From: Stegostoma tigrinum
Taxonomy: Eukaryota
NCBI RefSeq assembly: GCF_030684315.1
Contig: NC_081393.1
Location: 16,301,479-16,365,478 of the forward strand
Length of the DNA: 64,000 nucleotides
Direction: 5' to 3'
Position numbers and translations under genes: made by a program. This document shows, in pieces, positions 1 through 12,570 of this stretch (the stretch's first letter is position 1; the number at the start of each line of letters is the position of its first letter). A model generated the notes under the pieces. That model saw only the letters and a list, made by a program, of their open reading frames with translations. It ran no database searches and was not told where the DNA came from.

Positions 1-169
1 ACCCTGCTCAACCTTTCTCCTGGTTGAAGTCCACCCCAGCCTCCTCTTGTTGTATCCTGCAAAAAGCACAATGTCTGAATGTTTTTTATTCTCACCCAAT
101 GTTCATAGTTTCCCAAAAGGCTCATTGAGCAACTTTCACAATGGAAAATGGGGTGCTGTACTTTACTCA

Positions 170-368
170 AAAATAAAAGCAAAATCATGCAGATGCTGGA
201 GGACTGAAATGAAACCATAAATTGCTGGAGAAACTTAGCAAATCTGGCAGCATTTTGGAAACAAACAGTTAACATTTCGAGTCCAATATGACACTTTTTC
301 AAATGGTACATCTCTCCTCAGCTGCTGCCAAACCCACTGGTCTACTCCAGCAATTCTGTTTTATTTTC
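170..368. mobile_element. Degenerate short palindromic Penelope-derived element
   Basis: Imperfect inverted arms (aaattgctggag...gcagca vs gctgctgcc...ctccagcaatt); shares the gcagatgctggag head with the younger copies; decayed hammerhead-like core on - near 270-303. Confidence 0.55.
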
Positions 369-1219
369 TATGAAGTCTAGCCTTGCAGGGTCATTTGAAG
401 CAGCTCTAACTTTTGCTTTGGCTGGAATGGACCAGAGGCTGATCAAATTGGGAATTGAACTGGAGGTCTAGTAGCCCCCACTTTGGCTATTACGTTATCA
501 CATTGAGCAATTAGGCAGCTCTATGACACATCATTCAGGTTATTTTTAAGCTGTGACGGAGTATCAACAAAACTTTCTTGTTTGTTTTTTTAAGCCTTGA
601 CTGATTCCTAGCTGTGATTTGATTTTGCAACAACGTATAATTCCTGAGTGGAGGATTGAGCCTGCTGTTCCTGAACTGAGTTCTTGATGATAGTATTATT
701 TCTCTGGATCTTGCGATTCTGGACACATCAGGGCAAAATTCACAGTGATATGTTCAAGTTAAAATCCTTGGCAGCAAGAATTAATGACTTAATTTTGCTC
801 TGCTTCATGTTGCACTGGACTTCTGCACATCAGCAGTGTGACGTTGCAAATATGTAGCTGAAGCTCTTCAGAAAAATTTAACTTCTGTAATCATTCCTGT
901 TCTTTGACTTACTATCAGTCTTCTGCAAGAAGTTTTTTTTTGAATCAGAACAATCTCTGCTTGCAAGTGGTAAATTGACAGATTGAAGGCATCCTTGTAT
1001 ATGTGAACTGTTTTCTTACAGTTCTCTCATCCGTTTTAGATAAATGGATCCACTATCCCCGCACCCTTGGTGGTGTATCCAGTGGCTAACAGTACCCTTA
1101 AGAGGAAAAAGTATTATGACCTAATTAGTCTTAGTAACACTAAAGACTTGCTGGAATTGAGGGTGAAGTCTGTGTCACCAAAGTAGTTTCTCTTTTGAGT
1201 TCACACTCTGGCTTTTTAA

Positions 1220-1390
1220 GACCATAAAACCTCAGAGCAGAAGTTGGCCATTTAACCCAGTGAGTCTGCTGTGCCATTCAGTGATATCATGGCTGACCTG
1301 ATAATCCTCATCTCTAATTTCCTGCCTTTTCCCCCAACCCTTGATTCTCTTGCTTAATAAACTTATACTATCTCCACCTGAATATTAAAA
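1220..1390 (-). mobile_element. CR1 LINE 3'-end fragment
   Basis: Similar to the CR1 3' ends at 36905 (-) and 43440-43580 (+). Confidence 0.55.
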
Positions 1391-1474
1391 ATGGATCTTC
1401 ACCTTCATTCTAAATTGATTTTATCTGTAGAATTGTGTCTGTATCCTTAACAGCCTATTGTTTGTTAACTGCAG

Positions 1475-1569
1475 GAATGCCAGGAGAACCGCTGCCTGTT
1501 GAAAGTGAAAAGGACATCTTTGATTACATTGACTGGCAATACCGAGAGCCACAAGAGCGAAGTGAGTGA
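1475..1569 (+). CDS. POLB: DNA polymerase beta, last coding exon ((G)[30 protein letters not shown])
   Basis: Acceptor ...ttaactgcAG at 1473-1474. Translation closely matches the human POLB C-terminus ([31 protein letters not shown]). TGA at 1567-1569. Upstream exons lie outside the window. Confidence 0.96.
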
Positions 1570-1808
1570 GTGTCACTGAGGATTACCCTGAGAACCTCTT
1601 TACATGAAAAATACTCTGAAGTTCTGTAGGAATAAGAATACAGTGAGTCCTGATAAATGTAGAGCTAGTTAAAACATTCATAAGAATTTCTCGATTTGCT
1701 TGCTAAATAACTTTGTGTCCCCACAAATGTGATTGGTATATTATGCATGAAGTTTGAATGTATTTGTAGAGAAGACCATCTTTCGATAAAGTACTGTGCA
1801 GTAATATC

Positions 1809-1854
1809 AATAAACCATTTTGTAGATTCATTGTCGCATTTAATAATGAATAAA
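1809..1854 (+). terminator. POLB: Candidate POLB polyadenylation signals (AATAAA at 1809-1814 and 1849-1854)
   Basis: Two AATAAA hexamers 240-285 nt after the stop codon; which one is used is unknown. Confidence 0.5.
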
Positions 1855-4800
1855 AAATAGAATATTAAATACAAAAAAATGCACATGATTATTCAATACT
1901 GTTTGTAAAAGTAGTGAAACCAATGGGCTGCTCATATATGATCTTAAAGAACACAAGCCACAGCAACTTTCACTATTGGACCTTCTTGAACGCTAATCTA
2001 ATTGTAGTGATACTTTCCAAACATGATACCCTCTCGTTCCAAAGTATAGTATTCGCGAACGGCTTGGAAAGCAAACAAAAAACTGTACAAATCTGAGTGG
2101 CCTACATTTTGGCAACCTCATGTAATGTTCAATATAAATTTGGTAAAAGCTTCATAAACATTAACTTCAGTGGCTGTGTATGTAATTCACAGCTTTTACA
2201 TTTATGGCATGCTCATGAACAGAGGGTAACACTACACTCCCATTAGGTTTTCTCTAGCAATAAATTTGCACAAGTTGTGAATGCTACAAGTTCTCTGCAA
2301 CAGGTCCTGGGACACAGCTTCTAAACTGTTGGTACAAATGCTGTGCAATTCACTTGACAAGTGTGGCATCTGTTTTAGTGCACTGTGCTGTCTCTAAGAT
2401 AAATTACTTAATCTGTTCCTTAAAATACAGCAAACATTCACTGCAATGAGCAAAAGATTAAGTAGTTCAGATTTGAAGAAAAAATTGCTGTCTGATATTT
2501 TTCGAGCAGAATTGCAGACTTAATTTCAGAATATACACTAAGTTTTGATTTTTTTGTATGCATTTTGCTGTTGCAATGCAGTCAGCACACAGAATTGATA
2601 ATTAAGTTATCAGTGTCGGAGTAAGTAAAGAAAGAATAAATAGGTAAGTTACTGTTCTGTTATCAGAATGAAAAATGATCCTAACACAGCTGATCTTAGA
2701 TTTATAATATGATTAGCAATAAATAAATAAGAACAAGCACTTTGAATAAAATGAGAGCACTTTCAACGACAGTAAATTTTTTTTTGGGTTTGGAATATCA
2801 TCAGCTATGTCACTGGGATTTGAAGCTGAAGGACAGCTTGATCTTGAAACCAGCTAAAGTCAGGATTGCCAAGTCTCTATACAAACTGTGAATGTTTCTA
2901 TCTACCATAAACTGACCATAGTGATGGTAAACAGTAAAAGTCTCTATGAGCTCTGTGGCAGGAGATAGTTCTCAAATTTCATGAAGACTGACATGAATAG
3001 TTGGCAGCTTTAGAGTATGGGTGGAGAACTCAAGTAAACTACTAAACTGTTGGTTAGCTAATAGTTGTTCTGGTTTAAGTAGTTATTTGTGAATATTTCT
3101 GCAGAATTTGCCAAACTGATTCAACATCCTGCAATTTGCTCGTATCATGAGAAGCTTTTACAGAGTTTATCTCATTTCTAAGATATACGGAAGATTGTAC
3201 ATCCAAACATTCTGAAATGTTTCAGAAATGATTGTTTAATATAATACAAAGACTGCCCTTCACTGCAGGAAATTGCTCCAAGACTGCCTTGGAATTTTGG
3301 TCGAATTATATTGGTGCTCACCTGAGATGCAGAGTTTTGACTTTGGCAAGGTTAAAACTTTGGAAAAGACTTGGTGAATGATGATGGCGAGGTCCTGCCT
3401 AACATGTCATGGCTTTGGTATTTAAGATGGGAAAAGTTATTTTGTAGGCATTTGTTGGAATTTTTACTGTCTCCAGTCTCTGTGCAGAACCTAGCATCGC
3501 TTAGTGGCTGCTGATTTTCCCCAGAGTCCAGGACTCCCATCTAGTTCTGTTTGCTTGGGTGGAAGATAAAATGTCAACTTGGCCTGATGGTGCAAAATGG
3601 CTTTTCTGAACAATACACATGTCCTGTTGTATTTCAGATCCTTTCTGTGTGCCGACTATACAATATATGTTGTAAGCATTTTCAAACATACATGACATGT
3701 TAATTGCATTGTTTTACAATTAATAGAATATTGGATTATATTTGATAGTGGTGAGTCAATCCAACTAAGGAAGCAACCTACTGATTTTTCAATTTTAGAC
3801 AGCATATAGGCTGTTAACAATACAGACTCTGATCTTTGCATCTATCTCATCAAACAATCATACCAAGGTATTTTGTCTGTGGAGCTTTCGTTATTGCTGC
3901 TCAGGGTGTGGCTATATTGAAAGACACATCTAACACTGAACTTTGCATGAAAAGTAGATTACTCTAAAAAAAAATGTACATGATATGATGGAGCAAATGG
4001 GTGCAGAAATGTGTTTGCCACATGAAGATATTGGCAGTGTGGAGGGAATGGATTTCCAAATACAAGACATGGAGAGACAAAAAGCTAGCTGGCAGAACCT
4101 CTCAAGCTGGCTGCCCAGTGGGGAATATGTACGGTACAACTCGAGGAGCATGAAGCAGAAAGACTTTTCCTGACTTGAAAACCTCTTAAGCGCTACAACC
4201 TCAAAGAGGCTTAGGAGGAGGACATTTCATTAGCTCGGGGTGCAGAATGAAGCAGTACAAGGTTACAAGATTTAAAGTTTGGAATATGGACAACAGACTA
4301 GAGTGTGAAGAAGAGAAGCTTTTTTGCTGGGTTGATCCTAATTATTTTTGTTGTGATGTCAGTGAAGGATTGTTAATGGAGTTTCAACAAGTTAATCATA
4401 CAAACTTAAACAATTCGATCTTTAAGTATTTCCTTCAAACGTGTAACCTTGATATCATAACAAAACTAACGTGAAGTGAATGGTAAACAAAGAGAATGAT
4501 AGTGGAGTGCTTCAACAGAGAATGAACCAAAAAAAAGGTCAGAGTAACTTTCAGACCTCTGCGCAATGTACAATTTCACTGCTTTCCCAATTGTAAAATG
4601 TTTTCCAAAAAATCCTAAAATAAATTTATTTTCTTATCTGCAGGGTAAGCTGACAAAAATAACAGCTTACTCTCTCTTAATTGATGATATCTGGGTATGC
4701 ACAGCATTAACCATTTGTTTTCTCCATGCAAAGGAATCACTAAGCTGTCAGATTGAAGAAAAACATCCTTATAGGAGGCAGAAAATTAAGGGCAGATGAT

Positions 4801-5446
4801 GGTGCAGATATGAAATATAGGCTAGTCAAGATCTGAAAATGAAGGGTGTTGTAGACCTTCACCAGTTCTGATATAATTGCACCTGAAACATGGACTCAGC
4901 TTTTTCCAGTTCAGGTACTGACATACTTGAATATTTTCAACATTCATTGCTGTTCAAACACTTAGTGTGTCAAAGTTATTAAAAGCCATTCTCTGCTTCT
5001 GCCCTTCCCACGTTTGCTGCCCATTCACAGTTTAGCCTTATGTCATGATAGAAGGGACAAGTCAAGTTTGGAAGATCATAACGTTGGACTGTACAGTCGG
5101 ACATTTTTCTTAATTCAAATAATCGTAATATTCAGCTTTAATAGACTTGACTGAAACACTGCATCGGTTTGCTCTGCCATATTTGTTCTCTGTTACTTGT
5201 CTTTGAAAATGGGGGATCACTTTTGGCCATCAAATGTTTGCATCTAATAATACAATTGAACACATCCAACTAACATTTCTTCCATCACACTCACCACCCT
5301 ACACTTCAAGTGCTTCACCTCACAAAACTTGTTTAACACTTTTTTGCACCCATTTTGATGCTCAGGTTTCCACATTTTCTGCTTTGATGATTCAATTTTA
5401 CTTTACTGGTGCAATAGCTGATGCTGTTAATTTGTGCGAGCTGGGG

Positions 5447-5464
5447 TCTCTCTCTCTCTCTCTG
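5447..5464. repeat. (CT)n microsatellite just past the DKK4 stop codon
   Basis: tctctctctctctctctc seen directly. Confidence 0.85.
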
Positions 5465-5471
5465 TGTCTTT

Positions 5472-5725
5472 CTAGACACGTTGGCAGACTCGTAGCCGGG
5501 AGTTAGATTGAGATGTGCCTTGGTTTTGATTGCGACAAGCTAAACCTGGGCCACAGTCGCATCGTTGGAAGATCTCCGGTCCTTGTGGGCCTTCTTTGCG
5601 ACCACGCTTTGAGCAGACTTGCCCCTCTTTCAGTACAGGTCGACAAATCTTTGACCAGAAGTGACGAGCACAGCACAGTCCAGCAGAGCAGTCTGAGGTT
5701 CGCAAGCATGTCTCTCCTTCTAACC
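5472..5725 (-). CDS. DKK4: Dickkopf-4 exon 4 (C-terminal colipase-fold CRD2: (G)[37 protein letters not shown]...EIFQRCDC...RLRVCQRV*)
   Basis: Acceptor tgtgtttcAG (5727-5726 on -); 254 nt; diagnostic Dickkopf CCARHFWxKICxPVL and EIFQRCxC motifs; TAG stop. Confidence 0.96.
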
Positions 5726-8133
5726 CTGAAACACAGAGAGTAAGACTTATTTATTCTAATATCCATTATGCTCTTCTGATTGGAAGAAATCTTCATCTGT
5801 TTGCTCACTGCATTTTTTTCTCTGAATATTCTTTGAGCCACCAAAGTTGTCGCCTCATTATGACATTTGGTTTGAAACTCTGTTTAGAATAATACACAAG
5901 ACATCTTCAACCCCTCTCAAATGATAATCCAATAGTTCAGAATTCCTGTTATCTTAAAATTCCAAATTAATTCTCAATTAATTTCACCTTTATTTTTCTA
6001 CAGTAAATTTCTGATATTAAAGAAAAGATCCGCTTTGATGTTGTTCTTTCTTAACAAAAATAGGTTGTAAGTTCTGCTTCAAATATAAATCTTTGCCAAA
6101 CTTAAGCATGTATATGCTTCAAGAATGTGATACAAAGCACCCACTTGGAAGTGAGACTGACTTATTTTGTTTCTTTAAATGAATGTCGTAAGCAAGCCTT
6201 CATTAATTTAAACTGTTTTCAATTGTTGTCATTGTCATATGAAATTCATTCCAAATGTTCACCCCATATTTACACCTCTGAGTAATATTTTCAGCCTCTC
6301 TTTCTGTTTATTCTAGTGAGATTGGAAATAACTGCTTCATGAACATGCTAGCAAGTACCCAGGAGAAGAAATCTTCACAAACTCATTCACAGCATCACAG
6401 AAGAATTCTTATTGTGTGATTAGGTCATCCCAAAACTGTGAAAGAGCTGGTGTCTCAAATGTGCTTGCAACATTCTACAGCAAGGAAAATAGTTTAAATA
6501 CTGATCATAAAGTAAAAAGCAAGGCTCCACAATTAAGTATGCATTGCAAAATGGAGAAGTAAGAACAGTTTAATCATATCTGTGTTGATATTTATATTTT
6601 GCACAGCTTAAAGAGCAAAAATATGTTTAAACTTTACTGTGATCTTAGTGCTAGTTGGCAGTCATTCAGCATAGACTTTTATTGGTAGATTCAGAGAAGG
6701 AGCAATGAGGGTGGACCTCCACTAGCATTAGGTTAATTTGATTTCAGCAGTTGCATGAATATTTAATAAGGACACAAGTGATGGTATGGATGAACAAAGT
6801 TAGTAGCCATAAAACATTTGCTGGAACATGGTGCAGTTGGAGCAACACAAAAATGTCAGCTCTTGCATGTGGTTGTACGGTGTTCTAAAGCAGAAATTAT
6901 AACATTATCCTGGAGTTTCTAAGATCGTCTCCAAGACCTGATAGACCATTTCAAAAGGTAGTTAGTAGTTTTCATACGAACACCATCTTTTCTTAAATAG
7001 GTAGATTCACTGGCTGAGGTTTGCGATGAAGTTTAGTCTTTGGAAGTGTGTGCTATTGAAGACTACGTGTTCATTTCAACGTTTTATTTAAACTTGAACT
7101 GCTGTTCGTAATGTTAACCAAGATCAAGATGGTCAGGACTAGTTTGAATGCTCATGGGGATCAGAGAGGATTTTTCTAGATTCTTCTACCCAGCAGTTTG
7201 GCTGAGCACTATTGTCTTCATGTCAGATTCTCCCTTGCACCTGCTTCTTTCATCTGTCCTGTTAACTCCCACTCTGACTCAATTTTTCTGATAATTTTCT
7301 GTTAAGACCCTTGGCACATATTAGTATTGTTAAAGGTGTTGTAGAAAAACAAATTGAGAGTACACAATATTTGTATTAAGCAGGGAATATGCAGTAGAGA
7401 CTATCCTAATTTCAGATTACTATCCTGTGTTGTTTGATGCGTTTCATCACTTTATTGACAGTATTTCAAAATATGATATTTAATAGTCTCGGGGTAGTGA
7501 AATTGGTTTTAATATTATTGAAATAATTAGTTTCATAGGAATCATAGAACATTTACAGGAATAGTGCCAGACGACTGGAGGATAGCAAATGTGGTTCCTC
7601 TGTTCAAGAAGGGGAGTAGAGACAACCCTGGTAATTATAGACCAGTGAGCCTTACCTCAGTTGTTGGTAAAGTTCTGGAAAAGGTTATAAGGGACAGGAT
7701 TTATAATCATCTAGAAAAGAATAAATTGATTAGGGATAGTCAGCACGGTTTTGTGAAGGGAAGATTGTGCCTCGCGAACCTTATTGAGTTCTTTGAGAAG
7801 GTGACCAAACAGGTAGATGAGAGTAAACCGGTTGATGTGGTGTATTTGGATTTCAACAAGGTGTTCAATAAGGTTCCCCACAGTAGGCTATTGTACAAAA
7901 TGCGGAGGAATGGAATTGTGGGAGATATAGCAGTTTTGATCAGAAATTGGCTTGCTGAAAGAAGACAGAGGGTGGTAGTTTATGGGAAATGTTCATCCTG
8001 AAGACCAGTTACTAGTGTTGTACCGCAAGGGTCGGTGTTGGGTCCACTGCTGTTTGTCATTTTTATAAATGACCTGGACGAGGGCGTAGAAGGATGGGTT
8101 AGTAAATTTGCAGACAACACTAAGGTTGGTGGA

Positions 8134-9772
8134 TGATAAAATGTGAGGCTGGATGAACACAGCAGGCCAAGCAGCATCTCAGGAGCACAAAAGCTGACGT
8201 ATCGGGCCTAGACCCTTCATCAGAGAGGGGGATGGGAAGACGGAACTGGAATAAATAGGGAGAGAGGGGGAGGCGGACCGAAGATGGAGAGTAAAGAAGA
8301 TAGGTGGAGAGAGTATAGGTGGGGAGGTAGGGAGGGGATAGGTCAGTCCAGGGAAGACGGACAGGTCAAGGAGGTGGGATGAGGTTAGTAGGTAAATGGG
8401 GGTGCGGCTTGGGGTGGGAGGAAGGGATGGGTGGGAGGAAGAACCGGTCAGGGAGGCAGAGACAGGTTGGACTGGTTTTGGGATGCAGTGGGTGGGGGGG
8501 AAGAGCTGGGCTGGTTGTGTGGTGCAGTGGGGGGAGGGGACGAACTGGGCTGGTTTAGAGATGCAGTAGGGGAAGGGGAGATTTTGAAACTGGTGAAGTC
8601 CACATTGATACCATTAGGCTGCAGGGTTCCCAGGCGGAATATGAGTTGCTGTTCCTGCAACCTTCGGGTGGCATCATTGTGGCACTGCAGGAGGCCCATG
8701 ATGGACATGTCATCTAGAGAATGGGAGGGGGAGTGGAAATGGTTTGCGACTGGGAGGTGCAGTTGTTTGTTGCGAACTGAGCGGAGGTGTTCTGCAAAGC
8801 GGTCTCCAAGCCTCCGCTTGGTTTCCCCAATGTAGAGGAAGCCACACCGGGTACAGTGGATGCAGTATACCACATTGGCAGATGTGCAGGTGAACCACTG
8901 CTTAATGTGGAATGTCATCTTGGGGCCTGGGATAGGGGTGAGGGAGGAGGTGTGGGGGCAAGTGTAGCATTTCCTGCGGTTGCAGGGGAAGGTGCCGGGT
9001 GTGGTGGGGTTGGAGGGCAGTGTGGAGCGAACAAGGGAGTCACGGAGAGAGTGGTCTCTCCAGAAAGCAGACAGTGGTGGGGATGGAAAAATGTCTTGGG
9101 TGGTGGGGTCGGATTGTAAATGGCGAAAGTGTCGGAGGATGATGCGTTGTATCTGGAGGTTGGTAGGGTGGTGTGTAAGAACGAGGGGGATCCTCTTAGG
9201 GCGGTTGTGGCGGGGGCGGGGTGTGAGGGATGTGTTGCGGGAAATACGGGAGACGCGGTCAAGGGCGTTCCCGATCTCTGTGGGGGGAAGTTGCGGTCCT
9301 TGAAGAACTTGGACATCTGGGATGTGCAGGAGTGGAATGCCTCATCGTGGGAGCAGATGCGGCGGAGGTGGAGGAATTGGGAATAGGGGATGGAATTTTT
9401 GCAGGAGGATGGGTGGGAGGAGGTGTATTCTAGGTAGCTGTGGGAGTCGGTGGGCTTGAAATGGACATCAGTTACAAGCTGGTTGCCTGAGATGGAGACT
9501 GAGAGATCCAGGAAGGTGAGGGATGTGCTGGAGATGGCCCAGGTGAACTGAAGGTTGGGGTGGAAGGTGTTGGTGAAGTGGATGAACTGTTCGAGCTCCT
9601 CTGGGGAGCAAGAGGCGGCACCGATACAGTCATCAATGTACCGGAGGAAGAGGTGGGGTTTGGGGCCTGTGTAGGTGCAGAAGAGGGACTGTTCCACGTA
9701 ACCTACAAAGAGGCAGGCATAGCTGGGGCCCATGCGGGTGCCCATGGCCACCCCCTTAGTCTGTAGGAAGTG
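8134..9772 (-). mobile_element. 5'-truncated Penelope-like retroelement (Neptune-type): RT (GVAMGTRMGPSYA; RYIDD), Cys linker CNRRKCYTC, GIY-YIG endonuclease (VVYCIHCTRCGFLYIGET), 3' end with hammerhead-like motif
   Basis: ORFs 8915-9751 and 8448-8918 join into one frame after correcting a 1-nt loss in the G-run at 9282-9287; 13-bp TSD (8121-8133 / 9773-9785, 1 mismatch). Confidence 0.95.
8460..8580. repeat. Three ~39-bp G-rich tandem units in the Penelope element (encoding (S)SSPPPTAxxNQP-like repeats)
   Basis: Repeated ctggtt...atgcagt.gggg units seen directly. Confidence 0.8.
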
Positions 9773-12363
9773 TAAGGTCGGTGGAGTTGTGGATAGTGAT
9801 GAAGGATGCTGTAGGTTGCAGAGACATAGATAAGCTGCAGAGCTGGGCTGAGAGGTGGCAAATGGAGTTTAATGCAGACAAGTGTGAGGTGATGCACTTT
9901 GGTAGGTGTAACTGGAAGGCAAAGTACTGGGCTAATGGTAAGATTCTTGGTAGTGTAGATGAGCAGAGAGATCTCGGTGTCCATGTACACAGATTCTTGA
10001 AAGTTGCCACCCAGGTTGACAGGGCTGTTAAGTAGGCAAACAGTGTTTTAGCTTTTATTAATAGAGGGATCGAGTTCCGGAACCAAGAGGTTATGCTGCA
10101 GCTGTACAAAACTCTGGTGCGGCCGCACTTGGAGTATCGTGTACAGTTCTGGTCACCGCATTATAAGAAGGATGTGGAAGCTTTGGAAAGGGTGCAGAGG
10201 AGATTTACTAGGATGTTGTCTGGTCTGGAGGGAAGATCTTACGAGGAAAGGCTGAGGGACTTGAGGCTGTTTTCATTAGAGAGAAGAAGGTTGAGAGAGG
10301 TGACTTAATTGAAACATATAAAATAATCGGAAGGTTAGATAGGGTGGATAGGGAGAGCCTTTTTCCTGGGATGCTGATGGCAAGCACGAGGGGGCATAGC
10401 TTTAAATTGAGGGGTGAAAGATATAGGACAGATGTCAGAGGTAGTTTCTTTGCTAAGAGAGTAGTAAGGGAATGGAACGCTTTGCCTGCAACGGTAGTAG
10501 ATTCGCCAACTTTAGGCACATTTAAGTCGTCATTGGATAAGCATATGGACGTACATGGAATAGCGTAGGTTAGATGGGCTTCAGATTGGTATGACAGGTC
10601 GGCACAACATCGAGGGCCAAAGGGCCTGTACTGTGCTGTAATGTTCTATGTTCTGTTTCTGACAAAAATAGAGGCAGGTCAGATCATCATGTCCAAGCCA
10701 GTCCACTAAGTGTCCCAACCATTCCTATCTTCCCACATTTGGCATGTCATCCCATAGATCATGTCTCTTTAAGTAAACATTTAAAACATACGTTTTATGT
10801 TAGGATAGGAAAGCTTTGTTTTTAGGCAAAAGAATGATCAGAAACAGACAATGGGAACATTCCCATTTTTGATTAAATATGTAGCCAAGTTTCATTCAGG
10901 TTTGATATTGATTCCATACCTGTAACTTACTTTTACCAATCAATATCTGGACAACCGATCATAAGACTGAGGGATTTATCTGAGTATTCTTGAGATTTTT
11001 CACTATAAACTGGTGATTAGTATCTTGTGCCACCACATCATTATTATCTTTACCAGGAGGTGGATTACATATTTGATGTTAAATGGATCAGATTGAGTCT
11101 TGGGTCAAAAAGGAGCATACAATTTACTTAACAGAGGAGATGTAAATGGACAGTACCTAAATCAACTTTGTGTATTCACGGTAATGTACCAACATTACTG
11201 CCTATTTTGTTTTTTAATTTGGAAAGATCACTAAGTTATTATTTAACACGACTTACTCCCAAATAGTTGCTAATCAGATTTGTCCAGACGGTTTGCTGAC
11301 TGACAATCTGGTTCAAGCACCTGCACTTAAATTCTATGTCTGAGACTACTGGCTGCAAAGCTTTGAGACAACCATTGATGCTGTTCCTGCTCAATGACCT
11401 CGGACATTGCTGTCAGTTAGCTTTGTCATCCCAGGCTTGCCTTGCTTATTGAACATATTTTGAGATCTTTGGAAAACCTATTGGAAAAAAGTTGCAAACA
11501 AACTGACGTACTTTTCATTACATAGATCAGCTGCTATTTCACAGTATCAAAGCCTCACAATGTTTACTGAATCCTCATGGTTCAGAAGCTTCAAAATAAA
11601 AAGCTTGGCTATTTAAACACAAGCATGAAGCAAAAAGGGTCAGATTGTACAATTGCTTATTGCAAATTATTGTGCAGAACCTTTGTACTTCTGAGAAATA
11701 TATCTGATGAAACTAATCTGTAAAAATATTTTACATTTGGGCAAAGGCTTTGGGAGTACAATTGAGAACCAAGCAAAAGCTTATGCTGTCTGTTGTGAGA
11801 TGTTTCATAATTTCCCAATTAGTTATTTCTTTCCAAATCTGGTGAGGAGGCAAAGAAGTGAAATGGTGACATAAGTAACTGAGAAGACATCTTCCATTTT
11901 GCACTGCCCTTTGTCACGAACAGATTTTAGTATTGTGATCAGATGGAATTGGAAAATAAATGCACCAGGTTGGCTCTTCATAAATGTATGTAGGGAACCT
12001 GGCACACAGTTTGAGGATTGTTCATGCATGTTCCATCTGATTATCTTGCAGAGGGTAATGACTCCCAAGTGCAGTGATGGTTACATTAATAAAGTGCCTG
12101 ATTTTAAACCCTACAATTTAGCACGTGGGAAGACGTCAAGAGAATTCACTATACTCCAAAAGCAAACTTTCCACATGTTTAAGAAATTACAAACTTGTGG
12201 CATTAATTCACAAGATGTATTTATAACCTTGTGGCTTCAGGCTGGTTTCTCTAGCGTTTTGCAGTAAGCAATCCTTTGCTTTATGTTAAATCTATTTGAG
12301 ATGCAGTAGCTATGCCATTTAATTTTTGTCATGCAATTGTTAACCTAATTTCTAATTTTCAAA

Positions 12364-12570
12364 GATAGTAGGAACTGCCGATGCTGGAGAATCTGAGATA
12401 ACATGGTGTGAAACTGGATGAACATAGCAGGCCAAGCAGCATCAGAGGAGCAGGAAGGCTGATGTTTTGGATCAGTTTTTCTGAAGAAGGGTCTCGACCC
12501 GAAACATCAGCCTTCCTGCTCCTCTGATGCTACTTGGCCTGCTGTGTTCATCCAGCTTCACACTGTTATC
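12364..12570. mobile_element. Short palindromic Penelope-derived insertion; hammerhead core on + at 12481-12508
   Basis: Inverted arms homologous to 8134-8225; exact 13-bp TSD tctaattttcaaa (12351-12363 / 12571-12583). Confidence 0.9.

Larger units (their letters stand above)
7556..10655 (+). mobile_element. 5'-truncated CR1 LINE (RT + 3' UTR), interrupted by a Penelope-like element at 8134-9772
   Basis: [25 protein letters not shown](N)T and LYKTLVRPHLEY motifs with stops; tail tgttctatgttct. Confidence 0.93.

Noticed and set aside
4625-5142. DKK4 poly(A) signal (ATTAAA ~5142-5137 or AATAAA ~4630-4625 on -)
   Set aside because: Cannot be chosen without transcript data in AT-rich sequence.
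8431-9766. Plus-strand ORFs over the Penelope element
   Set aside because: Antisense shadows of the RT/GIY-YIG frame.
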